The notes under the pieces are model-generated. The model saw nothing but the letters and a program-made list of their open reading frames with translations, had not been told where the DNA came from and made no database searches. A stretch of 64,000 bases of DNA from a bacterium. Lineage in GTDB: Bacteria > Bacteroidota > Ignavibacteria > UBA10030. Numbering within the stretch: position 1 is the first letter of the stretch; each line of letters begins with the position of its first letter. Both the position numbers and the translations under genes were made by a program. This document shows positions 1-10,363 of the stretch, piece after piece. The DNA lies in the NCBI GenBank assembly GCA_043803945.1, contig JAZDJN010000087.1, positions 128,001 to 192,000 on the forward strand. The letters are read 5' to 3'.

Positions 1-349
1 AATACTTTACCAAACCGCGAATCGTGCCAATCCACAGAATCCCAGTGCTGTCTTCAACTATTGAGATAATCTCGTTGTGGGTAAATGCGGGTGTGTTTTT
101 TTGATCGAACGTCTCAAAACGGACACCGTCAAAACGAACCAGGCCTTCCTGTGTTCCAAACCAGACATACCCATCTCTTGTCTGGCACATTGTCTTAATC
201 TTATTATTTGGAAGCCCGTCTTTCGTTGACCAACTGACCAGATTGTATTGTGCCAGCGGGACAGCAGGTTTGACCTGGGAATGCGAGAGGTGGATTCCTA
301 TTACAGGGAACAATGAGAGGAGAAAAATTCTTACGGGATGTGAAACCAT
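1..349 (-). CDS. 5' part of a two-component regulator beta-propeller (Reg_prop) sensor protein, runs off the window edge
   Basis: Manual translation from ATG 349: signal peptide, then WSTKDGLPNNKIKTMCQTRDGYVWFGTQEGLVRFDG and IVEDSTGILWIG, typical Reg_prop repeats. Confidence 0.8.
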   Translation of the reverse strand, partial: MVSHPVRIFLLSLFPVIGIHLSHSQVKPAVPLAQYNLVSWSTKDGLPNNKIKTMCQTRDGYVWFGTQEGLVRFDGVRFETFDQKNTPAFTHNEIISIVEDSTGILWIGTIRGLVKY

Positions 350-495
350 ACGCTGATACCGTTTCTGCAACAAGCCGGGGGGCGACAAATTGATGCCCTG
401 GGAGTCGTTCGCCTAAAAGTAGAGAAACGATGAGAAGAAAGCAAATAGATGGAGCGCTACTGCAGCATTCGAGAAAATCTGTGAGAAGAATCGAA

Positions 496-1221
496 TCATT
501 TCTTCTTCATTTCATCCAAAAGAGAATCATGGTTCCTATCTGTCAAGGTGCTCTTCAAGAATCTTTCTTTTCGCCACTGCGAAATCTGATACCAACCGAG
601 CCCTCCGTAGAACAGAAATCCCCAGGTGATCGAATCGATCATCGGTGTTTCGCTGCTCGTCTCTACACCTCCCCGAGTGAGGAGATCTTTATAGTATGAA
701 TTGACCTCATCGGTAATACCAAGCTGCGGCATCGGGATAAAGCCGGTAACAAGCCCGCCGCCGATGAACAGTGCGGCAGAGAGCACCAATCGTTCAAACA
801 CCTTTTCCTTTTCCGGGCCCTGAGCAGGAAGGTAATACATGGTATGAGCGACTTGTGCCAGGTTCCGGATCCAGTACACAACCATGATCCAGGTCGTACC
901 AATCTGGTATGCCACCACAGAGCCAAGGAGTGCATAGAGGCTGCAATGAAGAAAGAAGATTCTATTCTGTCTCCCTCTGCTCATGGATTTTTCACGAAGC
1001 GAGAGTGCTGCACCCGTCAGAACGATGATGAAAAATTCAAGCAGGATAAATGCAAGGGAGCTGAGAATATATTCATCGCTGAATCTTGATGGAGCAATCC
1101 AGATCGCGAGATAGGATACAGCCATCGCGAGATCGGCATAGGCCTGTGAGAGAAAATAATAGTTGCCAAGCCAGGTGCGGCTTTGTGTCAGGACCCATCC
1201 TTCTCTTGAATTACTCTTCAT
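496..1221 (-). CDS. Hypothetical multi-pass membrane protein
   Basis: 241 aa ORF with about 6 hydrophobic segments. Confidence 0.7.
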   Translation of the reverse strand: MKSNSREGWVLTQSRTWLGNYYFLSQAYADLAMAVSYLAIWIAPSRFSDEYILSSLAFILLEFFIIVLTGAALSLREKSMSRGRQNRIFFLHCSLYALLGSVVAYQIGTTWIMVVYWIRNLAQVAHTMYYLPAQGPEKEKVFERLVLSAALFIGGGLVTGFIPMPQLGITDEVNSYYKDLLTRGGVETSSETPMIDSITWGFLFYGGLGWYQISQWRKERFLKSTLTDRNHDSLLDEMKKK

Positions 1222-1547
1222 ACCACTATAGAAAGAGGCACTGTGGACGTGATCGTTACTTACTCGAAATTACGGTCGTTCAAATAAGAATCTTGCTCAA
1301 TGTGATAGAGGAACACAGGGATCATTGTACCAAAGTACATTATCAATTCCCACAAAAAAGAACCGTCATTGAATATTCAATTTCTCGAGAAAAGATGTCA
1401 ACACCAATGGGAACATTTGCTTCTTCGGCTTATCTGTTGCAGACAACATTAATAGATGCTATATTCTTTCGAGTTGAATCTTGCTCTGCGGGATTACCTG
1501 CAGATTAACATCATAACCAATGCAGTAATATACCGATGTTGTTCTCC

Positions 1548-1643
1548 GGGGATGAATGAGGACCTGGTGGCCTTCGCGGACTTCAAATCCGTTGTCCCGC
1601 CCCGAGAGGGGTGGGAGGTGGGTTCGATTCCTACCCGTCCCCG
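1548..1643 (+). tRNA. selC: tRNA-Sec (anticodon UCA)
   Basis: Acceptor stem GGGGATGA/CCGTCCCC with discriminator G; long D-stem with TGGT loop; anticodon arm GCGGA-CT TCA AA-TCCGT (TCA at 1583-1585); 9-bp variable arm TCCCGCCCC-GAGA-GGGGTGGGA; T arm GTGGG-TTCGATT-CCTAC; CCA not encoded. Confidence 0.95.
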
Positions 1644-1707
1644 CTAAGATTACTCTGCGATGGGACGAGGCTCGTCCGCCGAAGGCGAGACGGCCCGTCC
1701 CCGCTAA
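1634..1707. repeat. 14-bp direct repeat of the tRNA-Sec 3' end flanking a 46-nt palindromic segment
   Basis: CCCGTCCCCGCTAA at 1634-1647 and again at 1694-1707. Confidence 0.75.
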
Positions 1708-1870
1708 AAGAATCGCCGCCAAGTTCGCCAAGAACTAAGAGAGTGGAAGAGTGGAGGGTGCACACGATATACAAGCGTATTCTGTTAGAATCGTGAGACT
1801 TTACAATAGCTCTTTTATTTCTTTGTGTTCTTGGCGCCTTGGCGGCACACTATAGAGGAGGAACCAATCG

Positions 1871-2398
1871 ATGAAACAATATCATCTCTTGTTTATCGCT
1901 CTCCTGTTCCTTCTGCCTGCCTGTTCAAGCGAGCCTGAACACCCCGATCTGGAACAGGCAGCAAAGGCAGTCGAGTACCTCGTCGCACCATTCAGTGCCC
2001 CGAAGGTCTCCTTTTTTGCGGTACTGCCGAATGGCACTCCCAAACAATTTGTCAGTTGGTTTTTCTCTTCCATGGGGAGCGCCGATTGGCCGCCGATAGA
2101 GGGAACGTCTGAATTTTCACCGGATGAGCTTGCCTCCATGCGGCAAATCGGCATTCCGCTGCGGCCGAAGGATGTGTTCTACCGGCATACGCAGCCTGAT
2201 CCAAACATTCAGAAACAGATCGTTCTGAAATGGAACGACACCGAAGGGACGGTGATTCTTGAAGGGTATATTGATCCCAAACAATCCGCCGTCTTGACAC
2301 GATCGTTCAAACTCCCCAAAGGAGTGATCCCCAACGAGATGGCACGGCTTGTGGTACAATCGAACCTCGAAAGCGGGATGCGGTATCAATCGTTTTGA
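1871..2398 (+). CDS. Hypothetical lipoprotein
   Basis: GAGGAGG RBS; signal peptide ending in lipobox LPAC. Confidence 0.8.
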   Translation: MKQYHLLFIALLFLLPACSSEPEHPDLEQAAKAVEYLVAPFSAPKVSFFAVLPNGTPKQFVSWFFSSMGSADWPPIEGTSEFSPDELASMRQIGIPLRPKDVFYRHTQPDPNIQKQIVLKWNDTEGTVILEGYIDPKQSAVLTRSFKLPKGVIPNEMARLVVQSNLESGMRYQSF

Positions 2399-5300
2399 TT
2401 TCTAAAATCGCCCTCATCAACCACACGCACATCAAGACCATGAAAGCGTGCGATATTCATCCCCTAGGCACTATTCGCTTCCGGCTCATTCTCCTTCTCC
2501 AACTGACAGTTGCACTTCTGCATGCTCAACAGTATCTCTTCAAGACATACAACCGCGCCTCGGGCCTTCCCAGCGATTATATTCTCTGCATCTACCAAGA
2601 TCGGGATGGGTTTTTCTGGTTTGGGACAGACCGCGGCGCATGCCGGTATGATGGTAAAACATATATCATCTATACCACGACGGATGGGCTGGGAAGCAAT
2701 TTTGTGATATCGATTTTTCAGGACCATAGCGGTGCGATGTGGTTCGGACTGTACGAAGGAGGCGTGACGAAACTCGATCGGCATGGATGTGTGACATTCA
2801 ATAAGAACCATGGATTTCCGGGAAAAAGCGTGATCAACATTCTTCAGGACAGCTTTGAACGCCTCTACTTCGATACGGACGAAGGAATTTGCGTGTTGCA
2901 TCATGATACTGTTACGTGTCTCCCTTTTCACAGCCAAAGCCGATTGCTTGCTCTGGTGAAAGACGGAAGCGTTTTGATTGAAGACTCATTGTCATTCTCC
3001 CTTATTCAACCATCGGCTGACTGTACTCTCCGGCTGAAAAGCGTTCAATTACCTTCTCATGTAAGGGATTTTTTTAAACTGAGATTTGGTCCTCGACATG
3101 CCATACTGCGGAAAAATGGAAATGTCTGCCTTGTGGGTATTCCCGGCTTAATCGAGCTCACAGGCATAACGAGCCGCTATCCATCGGCGGTAACAGAACT
3201 CTCCAATATTTCAATCGAATCCATCGTTGAGGACAGCGAGGAGACTATCTGGTGTGGAACGGAGCTTTCCGGCATCATCAAGATTGCGGCGAGGGGGAAG
3301 ACTTCTTATATGACCGTCAAGGGCGTTACACAAAAAAGAATCAGCGCTACCCTTTGTGACTATGAGGGAAATCTCTGGTTCGGTACGATGGGAGAAGGAG
3401 TACACAAATTGCTCGGCACACATGTTCTTGCATACGACGCTCAAAGCGGACTCCCTTCTTCCGATGTCACAACGATCTTTCAAGATTCCCAACACAATAC
3501 CTGGTTTGGAACCCGCGTCGGCATTGCGATCATCAACAATAATCGACCGCTGAAGCTCCCCCCGTATTATGCAACAATGAAAGAGGTCCGGGCTATCGGG
3601 GAAAGTGCGGCTGGATATTACATCGGCACATTCGAGCAACTCATTGGGCCGCAAACTCTCTCCAACCTGAGATCATTTTCGCCTCCTCCCTTTCGATGGG
3701 TCGGCTACGGCACATCATCACTCTATATTGATCAATCACACTCTCCTTCGGTCGTATGGCTTTCCACTTATGGCGGCGGCACGTTTCGCTTTTCCGAACA
3801 TGATACAATGCAGTACTTCGAGAGGAATGACAAGTTCTTTGTCAAAGGCAATATTGTCAGCGAGATGATTGAAGGGATCGTTCCGGGATATAACTCGCTG
3901 TGGTTCCTTTCGCGTAACCTTGGCGCAAGCAGGTACAAAAACGGATCGTTTGAAAATTATTCAACGCTGAATGGCCTTCCCTCCAACGCGGTATATTCTG
4001 TCTATGAACAGGAAGATGGTGTACTGTGGTTTGGAACCGATGCGGGCGTTGCCCGTTTGACTCCTCATGGGACACAACTGTTTTCAAGTAAGGAGGGCTT
4101 AAAGGGGAAGTATGTTTTGGCAATCATACCCGTGCAGGCGGGGAAGGCGTTCACCGATTCGAAGGGTGAGTACTGGATCGTCAGTGATCAATCGCTCCAT
4201 AAATATACTCGAGGAACACTGAAGAGTTACGGCAGTTATCATATCCTGCCATCTCCTGAAGCGAGTATGAACAGTGTGTGCCCCGTGAACGGAGGCTCCA
4301 CACTCTGGCTCGCGACAACCGAGGGAGGTATGAAAGTGGATCTCTCGAAAATTCATGACCGGTCAATTCCGCCCCGAATTTCAATTACAAGCGCACACCA
4401 CGACAGCGTTCCCTTTTTCAGTACAATACCGGGCTCTGTCGCGCACGATAACGGCACTCCTATCACACTTGCCTCAGACCAAAACCGTGTCTCAATTTCA
4501 TTTTCAGGATTGAGCTTTTATAATGAAAAATATGTGTCGTATGCTTACAAGCTCTCCGGCTTAACCGAGAATTGGTCCAGACCGATCGAAGAACGCATTG
4601 TCAGATTTCACAACCTTGATCCGGGCCAGTATGAGTTTGCCGTTGTGGCGATCAATCCGGATGGTGTTCGTTCTTTGGAACCGGCGAGAATCGCTTTTGT
4701 CATCACACCCCCATTCTGGAGCAAAGCATGGTTTTTTGCACTTCTTTCGCTGGCCTTTCTTGGAATGCTTTCCGGTTCAGTTCGTTATCTTTCCACCCAA
4801 AAATTGCGGAAGAAAGTTGTACGGCTGGAGCGAGAACGAGAGCTCCAACTTGAACGGGAGCGGACACGGTCGCACATTGCACGCGATCTCCATGACGACA
4901 TCTCGTCAACGCTGGGAAGCATTGCCCTCTATTCAGAATCGCTAAAACGGCAATCCCATCAGCTCTCAGAACGGCAGCGTTCCATGCTTGAACGAATCGG
5001 CTCTCTCGCTTCGGAAGCCGTCGATCATATGGGTGATATTGTCTGGTCGGTGGATCCGGGGCATGATACCTTCAATGATTTATTGTCACGCATGCGCAAC
5101 CTCGCTGTGGAACTGTGCAGCATTAATAAGATGGAATACGAGATTGACGTGCAAGCCGCTCCTACAGATTTTTCACTGGCGGAAGATGTCCGGAGAAATA
5201 TCTATCTCACATTTAAAGAAGCATTGAACAACATTATCAAACACTCCCGTGCATCCAGGGTAACCATTTCTGCCCATCTGCACGAAGGACTTTTTGAGAT

Positions 5301-5496
5301 GATGATCGAGGACGACGGGAATGGATTCAGGCTGACAGACACAGCCAGCCCCGCAAAACGGGGAGCGAAACAGGTACGGCCGGGGCATGGATTGCGCAAT
5401 CTAAAACAGCGAGCGGCAGAAATTGGTGCAAACCTCGAAATCAATTCGGTACCTGGTAAGGGAACAACAATCACCTTCAGAAAAAGAATGACATAG
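2395..5496 (+). CDS. Sensor histidine kinase (Reg_prop propellers, Y_Y_Y domain, TM helix, HisKA_3, HATPase); start may be ATG 2440
   Basis: IARDLHDDISSTL H-box, EALNNIIKHS N-box, DDGNGF and GHGLRNL G-boxes; DxxGxxWFGT repeats. Confidence 0.92.
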   Translation: MISKIALINHTHIKTMKACDIHPLGTIRFRLILLLQLTVALLHAQQYLFKTYNRASGLPSDYILCIYQDRDGFFWFGTDRGACRYDGKTYIIYTTTDGLGSNFVISIFQDHSGAMWFGLYEGGVTKLDRHGCVTFNKNHGFPGKSVINILQDSFERLYFDTDEGICVLHHDTVTCLPFHSQSRLLALVKDGSVLIEDSLSFSLIQPSADCTLRLKSVQLPSHVRDFFKLRFGPRHAILRKNGNVCLVGIPGLIELTGITSRYPSAVTELSNISIESIVEDSEETIWCGTELSGIIKIAARGKTSYMTVKGVTQKRISATLCDYEGNLWFGTMGEGVHKLLGTHVLAYDAQSGLPSSDVTTIFQDSQHNTWFGTRVGIAIINNNRPLKLPPYYATMKEVRAIGESAAGYYIGTFEQLIGPQTLSNLRSFSPPPFRWVGYGTSSLYIDQSHSPSVVWLSTYGGGTFRFSEHDTMQYFERNDKFFVKGNIVSEMIEGIVPGYNSLWFLSRNLGASRYKNGSFENYSTLNGLPSNAVYSVYEQEDGVLWFGTDAGVARLTPHGTQLFSSKEGLKGKYVLAIIPVQAGKAFTDSKGEYWIVSDQSLHKYTRGTLKSYGSYHILPSPEASMNSVCPVNGGSTLWLATTEGGMKVDLSKIHDRSIPPRISITSAHHDSVPFFSTIPGSVAHDNGTPITLASDQNRVSISFSGLSFYNEKYVSYAYKLSGLTENWSRPIEERIVRFHNLDPGQYEFAVVAINPDGVRSLEPARIAFVITPPFWSKAWFFALLSLAFLGMLSGSVRYLSTQKLRKKVVRLERERELQLERERTRSHIARDLHDDISSTLGSIALYSESLKRQSHQLSERQRSMLERIGSLASEAVDHMGDIVWSVDPGHDTFNDLLSRMRNLAVELCSINKMEYEIDVQAAPTDFSLAEDVRRNIYLTFKEALNNIIKHSRASRVTISAHLHEGLFEMMIEDDGNGFRLTDTASPAKRGAKQVRPGHGLRNLKQRAAEIGANLEINSVPGKGTTITFRKRMT

Positions 5497-5540
5497 ATAT
5501 GTCATTGAAAAAATGAACTCCTCTGTTCATCTTCTCTTGA

Positions 5541-6191
5541 GTGATTGATAGGAGCGACCTGGTGCCGATACATGTGATCATAGTCGAAGACCACGAAGAC
5601 TTCCGTGAAGGGCTGTATCACATGCTGCAAAGCACGGAAGGGTTTCGTTGCACCGGCAGATTCGATTCCATGGAAGATGCACTGCAGAGACTTCCTCAGG
5701 CAGATGTCGTCCTGCTCGACATTGGACTGCCCGGGAAATCCGGCATTCAGGGTATCCCTGAAATACGGAAGCGGCTTCCGAAAACCCAGATTGTCATGCT
5801 CACCGGTCGTGATGACGACAAGCTTGTGTTCCAGTCTATTCTCGCCGGTGCAAATGGGTATCTGCTGAAGAAAACGCCTCCTGCCCGCCTGTTGCATGCA
5901 ATCGAAGATGCCGCTTCGGGCGGTATGCCGATGACGCCGGTAATCGCTAAGAAAGCCTTTGAAATGTTCAAGAAATGGGTTCCTTTGCCTACCGAGCAGA
6001 TCACGCTCACGCAGCGGGAAGAAGAAATCCTCGCTCTCCTTGCCGAGGGAATGAACTACAATATGATCGGTGAGAAGCTCTACATCAGTCTCGATACCGT
6101 CCGCAACCACATCCGGCATATCTACGAGAAACTCCATGTCCATTCCAAATCCGAAGCCGTCGCCAAAGCACTGAGGCAGGGATTGATCTAA
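5541..6191 (+). CDS. NarL/LuxR-family response regulator
   Basis: REC domain (IVEDH, LLDIGLPG, GYLLK) plus LuxR HTH (LTQREEEIL...TVRNHIRHIYEKL). Confidence 0.95.
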   Translation: MIDRSDLVPIHVIIVEDHEDFREGLYHMLQSTEGFRCTGRFDSMEDALQRLPQADVVLLDIGLPGKSGIQGIPEIRKRLPKTQIVMLTGRDDDKLVFQSILAGANGYLLKKTPPARLLHAIEDAASGGMPMTPVIAKKAFEMFKKWVPLPTEQITLTQREEEILALLAEGMNYNMIGEKLYISLDTVRNHIRHIYEKLHVHSKSEAVAKALRQGLI

Positions 6192-6365
6192 CCCTAATAT
6201 AATTCTCTCGTTGTCTTGTTCCACACCGTTTTTCTTTCGTCATCTCTTGCGTCCATAGCCAAGATGACATTCCTATGTCATTGTTACTCTTCATGGAAGT
6301 GAATAGTTTTGTTCAGAAAAAATTCTTTTCGGATGCGAATCCATATGTGATTACTTGGAGTATCT

Positions 6366-6640
6366 ATGAAAACAAACGAACAACGTTATGTGGAGCCCTC
6401 TTGATCGCCACGGTGATGGTATCAACCAGTATGGTGTATTCTCAAACCGCCTTTTGGAAACAAATCAATGTGCCAGGCAGCAGTGATGTAAATGCTCTTG
6501 CGGTGAATTCCAAAATGGATTTACAAGTATGAATGTTACAGCGCTTGCAGTGAATAAGAGCGGTGTCTTATTGGCAGGGACATTTGCCACTAGGGTATTC
6601 CGTTCAATGGACAATGGTTTTACGAGTAAAGAATGGTCTT
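6366..6640 (+). pseudogene. Remnant of a secreted BNR/propeller gene (frameshifted and internally deleted)
   Basis: Signal-like KRTTLCGALLIATVMVSTSMVYSQTAFWKQ..VNALAVNS in one frame; NVTALAVNKSGVLLAGTFATRVFRSMDNG in another; no intact continuation. Confidence 0.55.
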
Positions 6641-6773
6641 CAGAATTATTCATCATACTTCATCTGTGACTATCAGTGCGTTTCTTGTGTTATCGGTGTT
6701 CTATTCTTGGTTTTTCGTATGTATAAAATTGCTATCTGAGTTACCAATAAACTTTAAGTATATAGAGGTGGAT

Positions 6774-8840
6774 ATGAAAAAGTTATTCTTCCTCTCGTTG
6801 ATAATCACACAAACCGTATTTGCTCAATGGTTCTGGCAAAATCCCCTTCCGTTAAGTCATATACTCCAAAGTGTCCACTTCACCGATGCCAATACAGGAA
6901 CGGCTGTGGGGTTTGGCGGCTCAATTCTACGTACTACGAATGGAGGTATAAGCTGGACGATTCAGTTTTTCAACAATGAGCTTATTTTCAATAGCGTCTT
7001 CTTCATAGATGCAAATAATGGAACAGCAGTGGGAGTTCCTGGTGTCATTTATCGTACCACCAATGGCGGTGCAAAGTGGACGAGCCAAACCAGCGGAACG
7101 ACAAATAACCTCAATGGTGTCTTCTTCACCGATCCCAACACGGGAACAGCGGTGGGAGATGGCGATAAAATTCTCCGCACGACCAATGGTGGTGCAACCT
7201 GGACGAGTCAAACGAGCGGAATAACAAGCGCTCTCAGAAGTGTTTTCTTCACTGATGCCAATACTGGGACAGTGGTTGGAAATAGTGGAACCATTCTTCG
7301 CACTACGAATGGTGGAGCGACCTGGGTGAGCCAAACAAGTGGAACAACGACTGGCTTTTCAAATATCTTCTTCACCAACGCCAATGTTGGAACAGCCGTT
7401 GGCGGTGGTGGAAAAATTCTCCGCACTACTGATGCCGGTGCCACCTGGACGAGCCAAACAAGCGGAACAACCAGACCACTTATGTGCGTCTTCTTCACCG
7501 ATACTAACACAGGAACGGCGGTGGGAGAAAGTGGCACAATTCTTCGGACCACCAATGGAGGTGCCGCATGGACAAGTCAATCAAGCGGTACAATTTATAC
7601 ACTCTATGGTGCCTTCTTCACTAATGCGAACACTGGAATAGTGGTCGGAATGTACGGTACGATTCTTCGCACCACTGACAGTGGTGCAAGTTGGGTGAAC
7701 CAATTATCTGGAAATTCAAGCCAGATCTTTGGTGTCGCCTTCACCAGTGCCACGACAGGAACAGCGGTGGGAGCAGGGACAATTCTTCGTACCACCACTG
7801 GCGGCGCAAGCTGGACAAGCCAATCTGTCGGAGTAACTGTCGGACTCAATGGTGTATCGTTCACCGACGCCAATATAGGAACAGCGGTGGGAACAGGCGG
7901 TGCAATATTTCGCACTACCAATGGGGGAACAACATGGACGCTCCAGACAAGTGGAACAAAGACTGATCTCAATAGTGTCTCCTTTACCGATGCTAATAGA
8001 GGAACAGCGGTGGGATGGTATGGCACAATCCTTCGCACAAACGATGGTGGTGCAACCTGGACGAGCCAGACTAGCGGAATCACAACCACGCTCTATGGCG
8101 TCTTTTTCACCGATGCCAACATAGGAACCGCAGTTGGAGATGGCACGGCAATATTACGCACAACAAATGGCGGAGCAAGCTGGACAAAACAGTCAATGAT
8201 GTACAATCTCCGGGGCGTTTATTTTAGCGATACCAATACAGGAACTGTGGTAGGAGAAAGTGGCAGAATTTTTCGTACTACCGATGGCGGCACAACATGG
8301 ACAAGGCAAACAAGTGGAACGGTATTTAATCTTTATGGCGTCTCCTTCATCGGTACCAACATAGGAGTTGCAGTAGGAACCTGGGGCACAATTCTACGCA
8401 CTACCAATGGTGGTTCAAGTTGGACAATCCAATCAAGCGGAACGACGAATGGGCTGCGCGCTGTCTCTTTCACCGATGCGAATACAGGAACAGCGGTTGG
8501 AGAAATCGGGACAATTCTTCGCACCACCAATGGCGGGATTACTGCGGTTGAAGAGTCTGTCGGTACGACAATCCCTGCAGGTTTTTCGTTACTGCAGAAC
8601 TACCCGAACCCATTTAATCCGAGTACAATAATCAGTTATCAGTTGCCGGTTCAAAGTTTTGTTAATTTAAAGGTGTTCGATGTGATTGGTCGAGAAGTGG
8701 AAACTCTTGTGAACGAAAGTCAATCTCCAGGTTTCTATCAAGTCCCATGGCAACCGAAATTTCTTTGTAGCGGGATATACTTTTATCGCATGACCACCGA
8801 TCGGTATTCACTTGTTAGGAAGATGATACTTCAGAGATAA
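6774..8840 (+). CDS. Secreted YCF48-like repeat beta-propeller protein with T9SS-type C-terminal domain
   Basis: GAGGTG RBS then MKKLFF signal; about 14 near-identical 41-aa repeats (VxFTDANTGTAVGxxGTILRTTNGGATWTSQTSG); QNYPNPFNPST tail. Confidence 0.92.
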   Translation: MKKLFFLSLIITQTVFAQWFWQNPLPLSHILQSVHFTDANTGTAVGFGGSILRTTNGGISWTIQFFNNELIFNSVFFIDANNGTAVGVPGVIYRTTNGGAKWTSQTSGTTNNLNGVFFTDPNTGTAVGDGDKILRTTNGGATWTSQTSGITSALRSVFFTDANTGTVVGNSGTILRTTNGGATWVSQTSGTTTGFSNIFFTNANVGTAVGGGGKILRTTDAGATWTSQTSGTTRPLMCVFFTDTNTGTAVGESGTILRTTNGGAAWTSQSSGTIYTLYGAFFTNANTGIVVGMYGTILRTTDSGASWVNQLSGNSSQIFGVAFTSATTGTAVGAGTILRTTTGGASWTSQSVGVTVGLNGVSFTDANIGTAVGTGGAIFRTTNGGTTWTLQTSGTKTDLNSVSFTDANRGTAVGWYGTILRTNDGGATWTSQTSGITTTLYGVFFTDANIGTAVGDGTAILRTTNGGASWTKQSMMYNLRGVYFSDTNTGTVVGESGRIFRTTDGGTTWTRQTSGTVFNLYGVSFIGTNIGVAVGTWGTILRTTNGGSSWTIQSSGTTNGLRAVSFTDANTGTAVGEIGTILRTTNGGITAVEESVGTTIPAGFSLLQNYPNPFNPSTIISYQLPVQSFVNLKVFDVIGREVETLVNESQSPGFYQVPWQPKFLCSGIYFYRMTTDRYSLVRKMILQR

Positions 8841-8933
8841 CTGGATTGTTAACGAAATGGATGATGTAGTAGTACGACAGATTTCTAGAAAGAATAGTTC
8901 ATGTTAATTCGGTTTTCGATAAGGGGAACCTAT

Positions 8934-10280
8934 ATGAAAAAGTTTTTCTCTTGCCTGCTACCGTTGATCATAACTGCATTAGCTTTGGTTGGAGAGACTT
9001 CACCTCTCAAAGCGCAAACCCCAGGCTGGAGTGTTTCGCTCTGTAAGGTATGTTTCACCCCACAACAAAAAGAAGGGTATTGTGTAGGATGTAAAGAGTA
9101 CAAGAGCTTAACAAATGAAGAAGCTAAAATATGTACACATTGTTATGTAAAAACTGATATGTATATAAAGAATTGTTGTTATGTATGTTCAAGTAACGCT
9201 GGAAGAGGCGGTTTTGCACGATTATGCCGAAGTTGTGCTAAAAAAAATCAATGTATTGATTGCAGAAAATATTTAGGCAGCGGTAATGCTCCTGACGAAA
9301 CAGGAGACACTCGAAAAGTGATAGAACGGTACACCGTGAGAATTACAATCCCTGGTCAAAAAGAAATATTCATGAGTAGCTTCAATAAAGGAGTTGAAGC
9401 TCTCGGGAACAAAGAATACGAAGAAGCGATAAAATATTTCGATATAGAAATTAAGGAGGATCCTGACTACTACGAAGCCTATTATCAAAAGGCATCAACT
9501 CTGATTTCATTAAAGAGAGAGGAAGAAGCTGGACCCTTCCTAAAAAAAGCGATTGATCTTAACGTTCCTTATAGTAATTCCTATCTAGTCTATGCCGGCA
9601 TTTGTGAATTATATCATAAAGATTATGAGCAGGCAATAAAATACTATGAACTGGGATTCGAGCTTAAACCAGAGGAAACTGGTTTTAGAGGGAATCTTAT
9701 CGGTCTTTATCAACAATTAGGCAAACTTGATGATGCATTAAAGCATGCCAACATATTGTGCACTCTTTTGCCTAATAGTGCTGAAGCGTTATCTCAAAAA
9801 GCGGAGTTGCTATTTAACTCTAAGAAGTGGAATGAGGCGATACCGATCTATGAGCAAATAATATCAATGGATCCGGACCATGCAATTGGTGCTTACTATT
9901 ACTTGGGACTTTCTCTATATCAGGTGGATCAATTTGAAAACGCCAGAGAGAATTGGAAAAAGTTTGCTGAGATTGACGAAAAGAAAAGATCCGATCCTTA
10001 TGCTTTACTTGCCGTTTGTGAAATGAAATTAAATAATCCTATTGAAGCAGAAAAGTACTGTGAAACAACTCTTGAGCTATTGAAGGATGAGAATCCGTCT
10101 GTTTTTTACAACCTTGCATGTGCCTATTCGTTGTTAAACAAAGTTGATAAAGGCTTAGAACTTTTAGAAAAAGCGTTGAAGACCGGACAAGTAAATATTC
10201 CTTATATGGAATCGGATAAGGATTTAATAAATGTAAGACAAACCGAGGGCTACAAAGAGCTGATATCTAAATATAAATAG
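8934..10280 (+). CDS. Exported TPR protein with N-terminal cysteine-rich (6 x CxxC) domain
   Basis: MKKFF signal peptide; CKVC, CVGC, CTHC, CYVC, CRSC, CIDC; TPR repeats ending YNLACAYSL...SDKDL. Confidence 0.85.
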   Translation: MKKFFSCLLPLIITALALVGETSPLKAQTPGWSVSLCKVCFTPQQKEGYCVGCKEYKSLTNEEAKICTHCYVKTDMYIKNCCYVCSSNAGRGGFARLCRSCAKKNQCIDCRKYLGSGNAPDETGDTRKVIERYTVRITIPGQKEIFMSSFNKGVEALGNKEYEEAIKYFDIEIKEDPDYYEAYYQKASTLISLKREEEAGPFLKKAIDLNVPYSNSYLVYAGICELYHKDYEQAIKYYELGFELKPEETGFRGNLIGLYQQLGKLDDALKHANILCTLLPNSAEALSQKAELLFNSKKWNEAIPIYEQIISMDPDHAIGAYYYLGLSLYQVDQFENARENWKKFAEIDEKKRSDPYALLAVCEMKLNNPIEAEKYCETTLELLKDENPSVFYNLACAYSLLNKVDKGLELLEKALKTGQVNIPYMESDKDLINVRQTEGYKELISKYK

Positions 10281-10363
10281 CACTTGGTTATAGAGAAAAT
10301 AATGTGAGCGAATGAATCTAACCCTAAGATGTCTATCAACAATACCATAAAGGAGTGACCACA

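Noticed and set aside
6530-6532. TGA ending ORF 6275..6532 as Sec
   Set aside because: The homologous continuation is in a different frame and no hairpin or Cys context is present
6860-8540. Regular repeats of about 123 bp as a non-coding array
   Set aside because: They are in-frame protein repeats with synonymous variation
9042-9263. Multiheme cytochrome c
   Set aside because: None of the CxxC motifs is followed by His
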